Positions 34,793 through 45,177 of a stretch of DNA of 64,000 nt are shown here, one piece after another. The notes beneath the pieces were generated by a model. That model was not told the DNA's origin, ran no database searches, and saw nothing but the letters and a program-made list of their open reading frames with translations. The DNA lies in the NCBI GenBank assembly GCA_963847445.1, contig CAWJZV010000014.1, positions 1-64,000 on the forward strand, in the 5' to 3' direction. Each line of letters opens with the position of its first letter. Within the stretch, counting starts at the first letter, position 1. This DNA is from an uncultured delta proteobacterium (GTDB taxonomy: Bacteria > Desulfobacterota > Binatia > UBA9968). The translations under genes and the position numbers were made by a program.

Positions 34793-35212
34793 GTGATCAA
34801 GATGACCGACGAGATGAAACAACGGGTCGACAAAGCATTTGAAGAAAAGAAATACTGCGTCTGGGCGACCACGTCGGACGACGGCTTTCCCGACATGAGC
34901 TTTCGCGGCAGCACGTTTGTTTTCGACGATGAGCATATCGCCTTCTGGGACCGCTCTTTCGGCGCCAGCACGACCAATCTGGAAAGCAGCCCGCAGGTCT
35001 GCATGCTTTTCTATGACAAAGAAAACCGCTTGGGTTGGCGCTTCTACGGCACGGCAACGGTCCACAAGGACGGCGACATCCGCCAACAGATCATGCGCCG
35101 CACGGTCAAAGGCGAACTCGACAAGGACCCCGAGCGCAAAGGTTACGGCGTGCTCGTGCGGATCGACAAAATTCGCGGCTACAGCGGCTTCAACGTGGTG
35201 CAGGAGCGGTAG
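34793..35212 (+). CDS. Pyridoxamine 5'-phosphate oxidase-like split-barrel protein
   Basis: ATTSDDGFP, NLESSPQV, RFYGTA. Confidence 0.8.
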   Translation: MIKMTDEMKQRVDKAFEEKKYCVWATTSDDGFPDMSFRGSTFVFDDEHIAFWDRSFGASTTNLESSPQVCMLFYDKENRLGWRFYGTATVHKDGDIRQQIMRRTVKGELDKDPERKGYGVLVRIDKIRGYSGFNVVQER

Positions 35213-35238
35213 CCGGCGGCAAGGCTGTCTGATCGCAA

Positions 35239-36229
35239 ATGACAAGTCGCAGATTTCACAGTCGGAACTCGTGTCGGTTTATCTTAATCGCCGCGATCGC
35301 AACCTGCTTCTGCCTCGGCTCCCCGAGCCACGCCGCTGAGCGCATCCGCATCGCGGTGTCGAATCCCAACATGCCCAATCTCACCTCGCAAATGGCACTC
35401 AAGCGCGGTTTCTTCAAGGATGAAAATCTCGACGCCGAGATCATCCGCATGAATCCCAACGTCGCGATCACGGCGCTGGCCACCGGCGACGTTGACTACT
35501 GCCAACTCTTCGGCGCCGTGGTCGGCGGCGCGGTTTCCGGCCTGCCGGTGCGGATCGTCGCCGGATTTCTCGACAACTGGCCGATGACGCTGATCGCCCA
35601 ACCGGAGATCAAAACGCTCAAGGATCTCAAAGGCAAAACCCTCGGCATCAGCAGCTTCGGCGCCACTCCCGATGTCGCCGCCCGCATGATGATCAAACAG
35701 GCCGGCATCGATAGCGACAAGGAAATCAAAATCCTCGCCCTCGGCTCCGACGCCGCGCGCATGACCGCGCTGATGCAGCGCATCGTCGACGTCGTCGTCA
35801 TGTCGCCGCCCGCCGACACCCAGCTGGAGAAACAAGGCTACAAAATCTTGGCGCGGGCCTACGAACTATTCAATTTCCCCTACCTCGGTCTCGGCACCCA
35901 TCTGCGCAAAATCAAAGAGAAGCCGCAGGAGATTCGCCGCGCCATCAAAGCGACGGTAAAAGCGAATCGCTTCATCCGCGACAATCGCGACGAGTCCGCG
36001 CGCACGCTGATCGCCTGGGGCAAGGTCGAACGCGAATTCGCCTACGCCTCCTACGACGCGCTGCGAGTGTTGTTCAACAGCGACGGCGCCGTGCCCGAAG
36101 ACGGCTTGAAGCTGGTCATCGACCAAGCCCGCCGCAACGCCAAAGTACCCGTGAAGTCGCGCCAACGATGTGGCGGACTAACGTTCCTGCGCGAAGCGCA
36201 GGCGGAGTTGGGAGATCAAGGCGCGGTAG
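35239..36229 (+). CDS. NMT1/SsuA-like ABC substrate-binding protein; true stop obscured by an indel
   Basis: Signal peptide, KRGFFKDENLD, DLKGKTLG; ORF track reads through into the next gene. Confidence 0.8.
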
Positions 36230-36290
36230 TGAACGGAGCGCGAGCCCAACGAATTGAACGTCTTGAACGGTTTGAACGACTTGAACAAAT
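36230..36290. repeat. TTGAAC array immediately before an RBS
   Basis: TTGAACGTCTTGAACGGTTTGAACGACTTGAAC followed by CAGGAG. Confidence 0.75.
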
Positions 36291-36303
36291 TCAGGAGCCC
36301 ACC

Positions 36304-37240
36304 ATGATTATCGACTGGCATGCCCATGTTTATCCGCCCGAGTTGGCGAAAGAGCGGCGCTGGGGCGGCGCGTCGCCGCTGACCATTGAAAACCTGCTCG
36401 AAGCCCATGAAAAGGCCGGCATCGAGCGCTGTGTCGTCAGCAACACGATTCATTACTTGAAAGACAAAACCGCCGACGAATCGCTCGCGTTCCTGCGCCG
36501 CTGGAACGAATACGGCGCGGAGATTCAGCAGAAGTATAAAGACCGCATTATCGTTTTCACCAGCACGATGCCCTGCGGCGGCGCGCCGTTCAACAAAGAA
36601 CTAGAGCGAGCCGTCACCGAATACGGCCTGCATGGCGTGCTGATCAACTCCAGCCACCAGCATGCCTATCCCGACGATGACGAAGCCAAGCCGTTTTTCG
36701 AGTTGGTCTCGAGTCTCGGCATTCCGATGATGATGCACGCGCCGTCGGTCGGTTACGGCGAAGAGCGCATGCGCGACTACCGGCTGGCGTCGAGCGTCGG
36801 CCGGCCCTTCGACGAGTGCTTGAGCATCGCGCGCATGATCGTCCGCGGCGTCTTCGAGCGCCACCCCAACTTGAAATTCGTCGGCTGCCATCTGGGCGGC
36901 GGCATCTGCGACGTCATCGGCCGCATGGACTACGCCTACGAGCTAGGCGATCAAGCCTCGGGGCTGGGCAGCTACGAACCGATGTTGATCACGAAGAAGC
37001 CCAGCGAGTATTTGAAAACCATTCACATGGACACGGTGGCCTACCACCCGCCGGCGGTGATGTGCGCCTATCAAACCGTCGGCGCCAAACAATTGCTCTT
37101 CGGCAGCGACGCGCCGCCGCTCTTGCCGCTGCTGCCGCGCGCCAAGCAGATCATCGAAGAGCTGCCGATCAGCGGCGCCGAGCGCGAAGCGATCTTCAGC
37201 GGCAATGCCTTGCGTTTGCTCGGCCGCTCGCGCCGCATAG
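36304..37240 (+). CDS. Amidohydrolase_2 (ACMSD/LigW-like); end approximate
   Basis: IIDWHAH, MHAP, CHLGGG, FGSD, GNALRL; own RBS AGGAG. Confidence 0.85.
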
Positions 37241-37300
37241 CACGGTTGACGTTTGGCCGGGACCGCGTTAAGGAAGTCGGAAATCTTTCAAGGAACCACC

Positions 37301-37585
37301 ATGGCCCATGCTCAAGCCTCGCAGGGCGCTTGAAAGCCTTGCTGCGTTATATTGACAGTCACCATCGTGACCGTCGCTCCAGCACATTCGCCGGCGACCC
37401 AAAGCTTTCGCGAACTGCTCGACCGTAGCGAAAAGGAGCGCAAAGGACTAATATTTTACGTCAAGGGCCAGACGATCCCCGGGGTTGTCGGCAAAATGGG
37501 CGCCGATACCGTGGAGGTGCGCAATCAGACCTATGGCTGCATCGTCAGTCGTCTCGAGAGCATCGATGCGGTGGCGATCAACTAA
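37301..37585 (+). CDS. Small hypothetical protein, probably exported; N-terminus disrupted
   Basis: Protein-like C-part KGLIFYVKGQ..EVRNQTYG..IDAVAIN. Confidence 0.5.
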
Positions 37586-37619
37586 GCAAACTATTACTAT
37601 TGAGGCACAAGGAGAACAC

Positions 37620-37895
37620 ATGGCCGGATTATCCTACGACGATCTGATCGAACCGACGATCGTCAAACAAGTATCGAAAAGCGTCGCCTACTGCCGCTGC
37701 ACTCGCAGCAAGAATCTGCCGTTCTGCGACGGCTCCCACGAGGGCACCAATATGCAACCGGCAATCATCGAGCTGGCCAGCCCGGAGACCATCGCCATCT
37801 GCCGCTGCTGGAGATCCAAAGACCATCCCTACTGCGACGGCACCCACGGCCGGTTGGTAAAACCGAAAGAACGCCCACCGAGAAATCACGGCTAA
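37620..37895 (+). CDS. Tandem CDGSH iron-sulfur domain protein (NEET/MiNT-like)
   Basis: CRCTRSKNLPFCDGSH and CRCWRSKDHPYCDGTH. Confidence 0.9.
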   Translation: MAGLSYDDLIEPTIVKQVSKSVAYCRCTRSKNLPFCDGSHEGTNMQPAIIELASPETIAICRCWRSKDHPYCDGTHGRLVKPKERPPRNHG

Positions 37896-37990
37896 TCATG
37901 GGGGTGACCGATTGAACTCTTGAACCAAGAAGGTCAAATTGAACGATTGGAACTTTTAGAACGACTGGCACAAAACTGAGGAGGTTATTT

Positions 37991-38379
37991 ATGGTTGAAA
38001 TGAAAAATTTAGTTAAAGAGGCCGACGCCCACCCGGAGATTGGCCATTTGAGTCTGTGGCGCACCGACTTGGCCTACTACTGGGTGATCAACTGCGAGCC
38101 CGGACTGCAAGACGACATGCACTATCACGACAACGACGATCATATCTTCATGGTGCGTCGAAGGCGAGTGCACCGTGCGCACGCCGCACAAAGAGTTCGT
38201 CTTGAAGCAGTTCGACACGGTGCTGCTGCAAGTCCGGCGAGTCCTATCAACTATGCAATCCCGGCACGGGCCGGATGCTACTACTGGGCGCCGGCAATAG
38301 CCATGTCGACGGCAAGCCGCGCACCCGCGTGCCGAAGATTCCCAGCCACACGCCGATCAAAGAACCGATCGTCGCGTAG
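37991..38379 (+). CDS. Cupin domain protein, frameshifted
   Basis: MHYHDNDDHIFMV followed by EGECTV in the shifted frame; GAGGAGG RBS. Confidence 0.8.
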
Positions 38380-38436
38380 GCGGTATTGTCGCAACCCAGA
38401 TATGCGTTGAACAAATCCGAGTATTGGTTCGGATGC

Positions 38437-38537
38437 TCCCCCTTTGGAAAAGGGGGGAAGGGGGGATTTTCTTCAGCGGACTTTCTCCCGCGCAAAGACC
38501 GAAATCCCCCTCAGTGCCGCCTTTTTCAAAGGGGGAA
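38437..38537. repeat. Pair of CCCCCTTT..AAAGGGGG palindromic repeats
   Basis: TCCCCCTTTGGAAAAGGGGGGAAGGGGGGATTT and AAATCCCCC..CCTTTTTCAAAGGGGGA. Confidence 0.7.
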
Positions 38538-38570
38538 GTACCGTCCACAAGACAGACAACCAATCAGATC

Positions 38571-38610
38571 AAAAAAAACCGGCAGTGCATGAACTCATGC
38601 ACTGCCGGTT
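38571..38610 (-). terminator. Rho-independent terminator of the Tim44-domain gene
   Basis: AACCGGCAGTGCATGA..TCATGCACTGCCGGTT stem with a T8 tract on the minus strand. Confidence 0.8.
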
Positions 38611-38635
38611 GTAACTGGTATAGTGTCTAATCGAC

Positions 38636-39629
38636 TTACGCCTGCTGCACCGCGGTCAGCTTCCAGCCGTTGGGTCCAACCGGGCGGCTGAATGTCCAAA
38701 ATTCCTCGAACTCCACCGGCTCGCTGTCGCTGCCGACGACCACATTGCCGCTCTTTTCGTCGACGGTGAAATCGAGCAGGTTGGCATGCAAGCGCACGGT
38801 GATAAAGTCCTCGCCATTCTCGGTCCACACTTCGGTGATCTCGCTCTCGCGCAGGGCTATGTTGTCCATGCGGTTGTTCTGGCCGCGCAGTTTGAGCTGT
38901 GCCATCTCTTCTTCCCAGGTTTTCATCAGTTCGCCGCCGCACAGCGTGCGCAGCGTCGTAATATCCTGCTTGTTCCACGCGCCCTGGATTTTGAAAAAAT
39001 TATCCTGAGCGGTTTTAAGAAACTTGTTGGCATCGAAGCTCGGGTCCATCATGGTCAACGAGCGATAGTCGGCGCCGTTGAACGGCAGCGGCTCCTGCAC
39101 TGGCGGATTGTTGGAGTAGCCGCGGTGTCGGCGCCTGGTAGGACGTGTCTTGATACTGCATTGAGCCGTCGTCGGTCGCCAGCGCTGGCGTTCTGGACGA
39201 TTTGTATTTCCGGTAAAGAAAATACGCCAAGCCGCCGAACAGAAGAATCTCCAACATGCCGAATCCACTGCCGCCCATACCGCCGCCCATACCACCGAAA
39301 CCGCTGGCACCAGCCAGGCCCGAGAACAGCATCGAGCCTAAAAAGCCGCCGAGCACCGCCGTACCCAGACCGCGCATCAAACCGCCCGATTGCGGCATCA
39401 TCGGCGACGATTGCCGCGCCTGTTGTTGCTGGACGGCATCTTGTTTTTGTGGCGATGTCGGAGTCGTCGAGCGACTCGGCGACTGGTAGCTGCGCGAACC
39501 GCGGAAACCGCCGGAACGACCACCGCCGGCGCGCGCATCGGCCAAAGTTTCAAGTGCAATTTGGCTCAGCGCGAAGGCCGCAAAAAGCCCCACCCCCATG
39601 ACAAAAAATTTACGATTGCTTTTCGACAT
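38636..39629 (-). CDS. Tim44 domain-containing protein, frameshifted
   Basis: ARAGGGRSGGFRGSRS, Gly-rich TM region, DPSFD..F..IQGAW, FEEFWTFSR..WKLTAVQQ. Confidence 0.88.
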
Positions 39630-39804
39630 AGATTTAGTTCCTCCTAAGGAATTTCGATCTCAGTGCCGGAAGTGTAACCATGCCAAGAAATCGAGTCAAT
39701 GCACTATTTTTAATAATTCCGAGGCCACAAAGCGCTTCAGAGATCAGCTAGGACGCCGGGGTTGTCGTTGCCTTTCTCGCCCCTTTGTGGCACTTGAGCA
39801 AACC

Positions 39805-41045
39805 ATGGCTGAACCCAAGTGGTACCAAGAACTGACGACCTACCAGTGGCGCGTACTCGTCTGCGCCTGCTTCGGCTGGGCGCTCGACATCATGGACGGC
39901 TATCTCTACGCGATCATTCTATTCCCGGCCATGAGCGATTTGCTCGGCACGAGCGAGGCAGCGGTTATCGGCTGGTACGGCGGCATCGTGCTGAGCATCT
40001 TCATGATCGGTTGGGCGCTGGGCGGGCTGATCTTCGGACCCATCGCCGACCGTTACGGCCGCGCCAAGACCATGGCGATCACGATCTTGATCTACGCCAC
40101 TTTCACCGGACTATGCGGCATCGCCGGTAGCTGGTGGGAATTGGCGATCTTCCGATTCCTCACCGGCTTGGGCATCGGCGGCGAATGGGCCGCCGGCGCA
40201 GCATTAATCGCCGAGAGTTTCCCGGAAAAATCGCGCGCCAAAGCCGCCGGCATCATGCAAGCCTCCGGCGGCATCGGCTTCTTTCTCGCCACCGCGCTTT
40301 ATCTTGTCATCGGCCCCTACGGCTGGCGCTGGGTATTTGCCCTCGGCGTTTTGCCCGCCATCGTCGCCTTTTACGTTCGTCACTCGCTGGAAGAACCGGT
40401 GCGCTGGACCAAAGCCAAACAGACGGGCAATCCCTACCCGGCTCTATTCGCTCCCGGAGTGCGCCGCGACTTGCTGGTCGGCACCGGCCTCGCGGTGGTC
40501 GCGACCTTCGGCTATCAAGGCGCGGTGCAATGGGTGCCGAGCTGGATCGCCGCCATGCTCCACGCCCAAGGCACCCGGGCGGTGATCCCACAGGTAAGCT
40601 TGATCACGACGACGCTCACGACCGGCGGCATCATCGGCTGTCTATGCATGCCGTTCATCGCCGAGCGCTGGGGCAGAAAAGGCGCGTTGTTCATCTATTT
40701 CCTCGGCGCCCTGCTCAGCGTGCCGACAACGTTCCTGTTCGCCAAGGAGTTCAGCCACGCCGTGATCGCTTCGCCGGTGATGGGCTTTTTCGCCGCCGGC
40801 GTGACCACCGCCTTCGCGATCTACTTTCCCGAACTGTTTCCCACCAAGATCCGCGCCACCGCGCAAGGCTTTTGCTTCAACTTCGCGCGCTTCTTCTCCG
40901 CCGCCGGCCCGCTGCTCGCCGGCGTGCTCACATCCGCCCACGGCTCCTTCGCGCCGGCCATCGCCACCATCGGGTCGATCTATGTCGTCGGCTTGTTCGT
41001 CTTATTTTCGCCCGTGAAACCAAAGGCCAAGCGTTGCCGGACTGA
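39805..41045 (+). CDS. MFS transporter (aromatic acid/sialate-like)
   Basis: GWALDIMD, ADRYGR, GIGGEW, PELFPTKIRAT; C-terminal RETKG lies in the shifted frame. Confidence 0.88.
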
Positions 41046-41082
41046 AACATCGGGCTGTTGAGAATTGGTTTTGAAAATACTA

Positions 41083-41362
41083 TTCACCACGAAGGCCTAG
41101 CGCGGCAAAGCCGCAACCGAAACTCGGAATATCTCCGCAAAAGCGCTAAGCTCGCAAAGGTGACGGGCCTATGCTCGTCATCCCGAGCGGACGTGAGGGA
41201 TCTGAAGCAGATTTCTCCCTGCGGTCGAAATGACATCAACTCCGAACTTGGCGTGCTTTACGTCTTGGCGGGAGTCAATCCCCTCTTCGGGTATCCCAGA
41301 TCACGCCTAAATTTTGCGCGAGCCGCGCAAATTGTTAACAATACTAGCACGAAGGACACGAA
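41083..41362. mobile_element. Element E (41096-41347) inserted in a TTCACCACGAAGG repeat, with an internal CGTC-type REP pair
   Basis: CACGAAGG directly repeated on both sides; left end CCTAGCGCGGCAAAGCCGCAACC, right end AATACTAG. Confidence 0.8.
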
Positions 41363-41477
41363 CAATACGAAAACCTGAATAATCTCCGCATTCCCATTGC
41401 GTAACTATCATGGTTAGTTTCCACTCCGAACACTGAACTTTTGAACCTTGAACCCTTGAACGAAGGAGTCGACGCCG

Positions 41478-41996
41478 ATGTTCTCCATGCCGATCGTCAA
41501 TCTCGCAGAAATCTCGCAGCAACTTGCAGAGAGCGGCAAGCGTGTCCGAGTTTTGTGGCAACACGACGACACTCTCGCCTTCGTCGCCCGCGGCCGCGAA
41601 TACCGCAGCGAGTTTCACATCAACCCGAGCGACGAAACCATGCACATGATCAAAGGCGAGATGCGCTTGCATTACCGCACGCCCGGAAGGAAAAGAAGAA
41701 GTCGCCGTGATCGCCGAAGGCGCGATGATCTACACCCCCGCCGGCACGCCGCACTCGCCGCGCTTCCCGCCCGACGCCTTCGCGTTGATCTCAGAAAGAA
41801 AACGCCGCCCCGGCGAGATCGACCGATTTCACTGGTATTGCCAAAAATGCGACAACTTGCTGCACGAAGAAAGTTCGTCGTACACGACTACGCCCAAGAC
41901 CCGGTGTCGAAAGCGTACCAGCGATTTTTCGAGAGTGTGGAATTCAGAACCTGCAAGCAGTGCGGCGAGGTCATGCCGGCGCCGGATGCGCTTTGA
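41478..41996 (+). CDS. nbaC: 3-hydroxyanthranilate 3,4-dioxygenase-like cupin with rubredoxin-like Cys site; internal compensating indels
   Basis: FHINPSDE, TPHSPR, WYCQKC, RTCKQCG. Confidence 0.85.
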   Translation: MFSMPIVNLAEISQQLAESGKRVRVLWQHDDTLAFVARGREYRSEFHINPSDETMHMIKGEMRLHYRTPGRKRRSRRDRRRRDDLHPRRHAALAALPARRLRVDLRKKTPPRRDRPISLVLPKMRQLAARRKFVVHDYAQDPVSKAYQRFFESVEFRTCKQCGEVMPAPDAL

Positions 41997-42125
41997 TCGC
42001 CTCCATGAATCATATTCATGCGACTTGATCGGGAAAAACCCGTTCTGACAGGGAATCGGCCTTCCGTAGCCAAGTGCGAATAATCGATCCACAGAACTGG
42101 CAGGGTCGCCCCGAGCACATCGCAG

Positions 42126-43355
42126 TCAGCTGTTCCAAAGGCTCGCCATCGGCAGAGCCCACAGTTTGTCGCCGAAGGGGAGCCGTTGCTCCCCGGTGTA
42201 CAGAACAACACCGGTGCGGAAACGCCGTCCCAGTTGATCGCGCAATCCCTGCAACCCGGCGAAATCACCGGAGCTCACCGTCGCGGAGCATTTGACTTCC
42301 ACGCCGGCAACGGTGCCGTCGGTCTTTTCGACGATCAGATCGACCTCCGCACCCGCGGCGGTTCGATAGTGATACAGCGAAACCCGTTCCTCGCTCCAAG
42401 ACGCTTGCTTGAGCAGCTCCGTGGCAACAAAACTCTCGACGATTCTGCCCAACAAAGATGGGTCCTGTTGAAACCGAGCACCGTCGGCGCCCAATAAATG
42501 ACACGCGAGTCCACTATCGGCGACATGAAGCTTGGGGGCTTTGACTAGACGCTTGCCTAAATTGACAGACCACGCCGGCAATCGTTGGATGAGGAACAGC
42601 GCCTCGAGCAACACCAGGTACCGCGTCAACGTTGAGTGCGGCAAGCGTGCATCGCGGCCGATATCGGACATATTGAATAATCCGCTGCTACGCGCCGCGA
42701 GGAGCTGTAAAAGATTCGGCAGCGCGTGCAGCGCATCGACCCGCGCCAGATCGCGCACGTCTCGCTGCAACAATGTCGAAATATAAGATGCGAACCAGGC
42801 TGAGCGCCTTGACGGTTCCCCGCGCTCGAGGGCCTGCGGGTAACCGCCGCGCACCACCCGCTCGACGACAGTCATACCGGGTCCCTTCGGTTTCCCTTTG
42901 CTGATGTCGTCAACAAACAAACGGCGAATGAATGATTCCGATACCCCCACCAGCTCCCCGCAGGAAAATGGGAACAGCGGTACGATCTCCATGCGCCCGG
43001 CGAGAGACTCGGACAGACGCGGCAAAATCATCACATTAGCCGAACCCGTCAAGATAAATCGGCCCGGCCGGCGATTTCGATCGACGGCAAGTTTGATCGC
43101 CGGGAAAAGTTCCGGCGCCTTTTGAATTTCGTCCAACACGACCGGCCCGGTCAAAGCGCGAACGAAACCGGCCGGATCGCTCCGCGCCGACGCCAGCGTC
43201 GCCACATCGTCGAACGTGTAGTACGCCGCATCGCGAGTAGCCGCGAGAGCCTGGACTAGCGTGGTCTTGCCGGTCTGTCGCGCCCCGCTTAGCAACACGA
43301 CTGGGGTATCGGCTAGGGCAGCCTCTAGACGTCTTTGAATATTTCGCCGTATCAT
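42126..43355 (-). CDS. AAA ATPase with DUF4143 and C-terminal PD-(D/E)XK-like domain
   Basis: GARQTGKT, LDEIQ, LTGSA, ESLAGR, EVDLIVE..VEVK. Confidence 0.9.
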   Translation of the reverse strand: MIRRNIQRRLEAALADTPVVLLSGARQTGKTTLVQALAATRDAAYYTFDDVATLASARSDPAGFVRALTGPVVLDEIQKAPELFPAIKLAVDRNRRPGRFILTGSANVMILPRLSESLAGRMEIVPLFPFSCGELVGVSESFIRRLFVDDISKGKPKGPGMTVVERVVRGGYPQALERGEPSRRSAWFASYISTLLQRDVRDLARVDALHALPNLLQLLAARSSGLFNMSDIGRDARLPHSTLTRYLVLLEALFLIQRLPAWSVNLGKRLVKAPKLHVADSGLACHLLGADGARFQQDPSLLGRIVESFVATELLKQASWSEERVSLYHYRTAAGAEVDLIVEKTDGTVAGVEVKCSATVSSGDFAGLQGLRDQLGRRFRTGVVLYTGEQRLPFGDKLWALPMASLWNS

Positions 43356-43424
43356 GGTGACATTTTCCCCACAATCTGGGGAGTTTGCAAGCGACCTCAA
43401 ACCGCTAGAGCAAGCCCATCCTCA

Positions 43425-43690
43425 TGGGCGCGACGAACGCGACCCCGACGGCAAGCTCCATCGCGGCATTTCCCGTCCAACGCCTTCGACTTGATCTCAA
43501 AAAGAAGGCGCCGCCCCGGCGAGATCGACCGCTTTCACTGGTACTGCCCGAAGTGCGACACGTTACTGCACGAAGAGGGATTTGTCGTAAGCGACTAAGC
43601 CGAAGACTCGGTGTCGAAAGCCTACCAGCGATTTATCGAGAGTGTGGAATTCAGAACCTGCAAGCAGTGCGGCGAGGTTATGGCGGCCAT
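43425..43690 (+). pseudogene. Decayed duplicate of the nbaC 3' half
   Basis: Aligns to about 41718-41980; TAC changed to an in-frame TAA; no 5' half. Confidence 0.85.
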
Positions 43691-43733
43691 ATTGGTTTAT
43701 ACCGAATTGTTGGCGTGTCAGCCTCACCGTTAT

Positions 43734-44013
43734 TCATTTACCGCCGTCGCGTGTTATCGCGCGCACAACTTTGAGCACCGTCGAAAACTCTGGGTTGCCG
43801 TCGGGCGACAAGGCTTTCTAAAGGCTCTCGCGGCCGAGGCCGGTTTTTCTCGCAATGGCGCTCATGTCTTGTGCCCGTGCGATGTCACCCAAAGCAGCGG
43901 CGATCAGCGCTGGATCGCCGTCTTCAAGCGCCGCTTCTTAAGTACGCCGCCATATCCTCTTCCGACTCCAAATATTCCGCCGGGTCCCAACGCTTAGTTT
44001 TAACTTTTGCCAC
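43734..44013 (-). pseudogene. Addiction module antidote (HI1420-type HTH antitoxin) pseudogene
   Basis: Manual translation WDPAEYLESEED..GDPALIAAALGDIARA..GLGRESL*KALSPDGNPEFSTVLKV, with an in-frame TAG and indels. Confidence 0.8.
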
Positions 44014-44153
44014 CGCAATCTCCTAGAATTCCCAGGGCATTATTACTACTCTGTGGATATCGTGGCAATCCGTCCGAACTTTGAACTTTTGAACCTTGAA
44101 CCCTTGAACCGCGTTCAACATTTAACATCCACGGTATGATTGATATTCAAAAA

Positions 44154-45068
44154 TTATTGACGCTGCATCTCCATGATGAAGTCTTTGAGCCCTGCTTCAA
44201 CATCGAACTTCGGCTCATAGCCCAACTCAGCCCGCGCCCGCGAAATATCCAATGCCGGCCGCGGCCGTGAGGAGACTTCGCGCGTAAAGCGCACGTCGCC
44301 GAGAACTTTTTGCAGGCCACGTTGGATATCCCCGATCGTCGCGGCGACGCCGGTGCCGAGATTATAAGCTTGATGCGGCAAGCTTGCCGCGTGAGTGATC
44401 AAGCGCAGGCCGTGGGCGATATCCTTCGCGTAGACGAAATCGTTGGCATCGGCGATTCCCGGCCCCATCGGCGCAGGCTTGCCAGACAGCGCCGCTTGCA
44501 ACATCGCATACATGTCCATGCCGACGTTGCCGCCGCCCGTGTAAGGGCCGTAGCCGTAAACCGATGCGAAACGCGGCAGGGCGAGCTCAAACTTATAAGT
44601 TGCTGCGTAGGCGGTTAGAACTTCCTCGCAAGCCGCCTTGCCGCCTTGATAGACCCGCGCGCCGCCGTCGCGCCGCGCCTCTTCGTGAATCGGCACCGGC
44701 GGATCGGTGAGATCGTAAACCCCTTGGCTGCTGGCGTGAATCAATCGGCGCACACCGGTCAAGCGCACCGCCTCGGCGACATTTAACGTACCGATGAGAT
44801 TCACTTGAAAGCCGAAATACGGTGTCCGGTTACCCTGCAATCCGGCGCTATGAAACACCACTTCGGCGCGCGTGCGCTGCATCGCCTCGATCAGCGCCGG
44901 CAGCTCGCGAATATCGCCGCGAATAATCGGCAGCTCCCGCCCCAAGACTTTTTGCAAGTAAGGCAGATTCGGCTGCAAGTCGAAAAAGGTCACCTCATCG
45001 CCACGCTCGACCAACTCTTTCGCCGTGTAAGCACCAATCAAACCACAACCGGTAATCAACACTCGCAT
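44154..45068 (-). CDS. NAD-dependent epimerase/dehydratase
   Basis: VLITGCGLIG, VNLIGT, YQGGK. Confidence 0.88.
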   Translation of the reverse strand: MRVLITGCGLIGAYTAKELVERGDEVTFFDLQPNLPYLQKVLGRELPIIRGDIRELPALIEAMQRTRAEVVFHSAGLQGNRTPYFGFQVNLIGTLNVAEAVRLTGVRRLIHASSQGVYDLTDPPVPIHEEARRDGGARVYQGGKAACEEVLTAYAATYKFELALPRFASVYGYGPYTGGGNVGMDMYAMLQAALSGKPAPMGPGIADANDFVYAKDIAHGLRLITHAASLPHQAYNLGTGVAATIGDIQRGLQKVLGDVRFTREVSSRPRPALDISRARAELGYEPKFDVEAGLKDFIMEMQRQ

Positions 45069-45092
45069 GACTATCCCCTTTCGAAATCTGGG

Positions 45093-45176
45093 AAGGGCGA
45101 CCGCCGGTCGCCCCTACGTTGAACCGGTCTGTCCGAAACGTTTGAACCTTTGAACGGCTTGAACGTTTTGAACTGG
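45093..45176. repeat. GTAG-type REP followed by a TTGAAC array
   Basis: GGGCGACCGCCGGTCGCCCCTAC; TTGAACCTTTGAACGGCTTGAACGTTTTGAAC. Confidence 0.7.
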
Positions 45177-45177
45177 T

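Noticed and set aside
35239-37428. 729-aa SBP-amidohydrolase fusion protein
   Set aside because: The linker is a translated TTGAAC array, the amidohydrolase has its own RBS and ATG at 36304, and a stop lies in another frame at 36227-36229.
41058-41378. Small ORFs sharing ARxSRNRNSEYL (41058-41378 and 26748-26966) as a protein family
   Set aside because: They are translations of non-coding element E, and the frame is not kept in the 11.6-kb copy.
41718-43690. Diversity-generating retroelement TR/VR pair
   Set aside because: Mismatches are not confined to adenines, many are synonymous, and there is no reverse transcriptase in the window.
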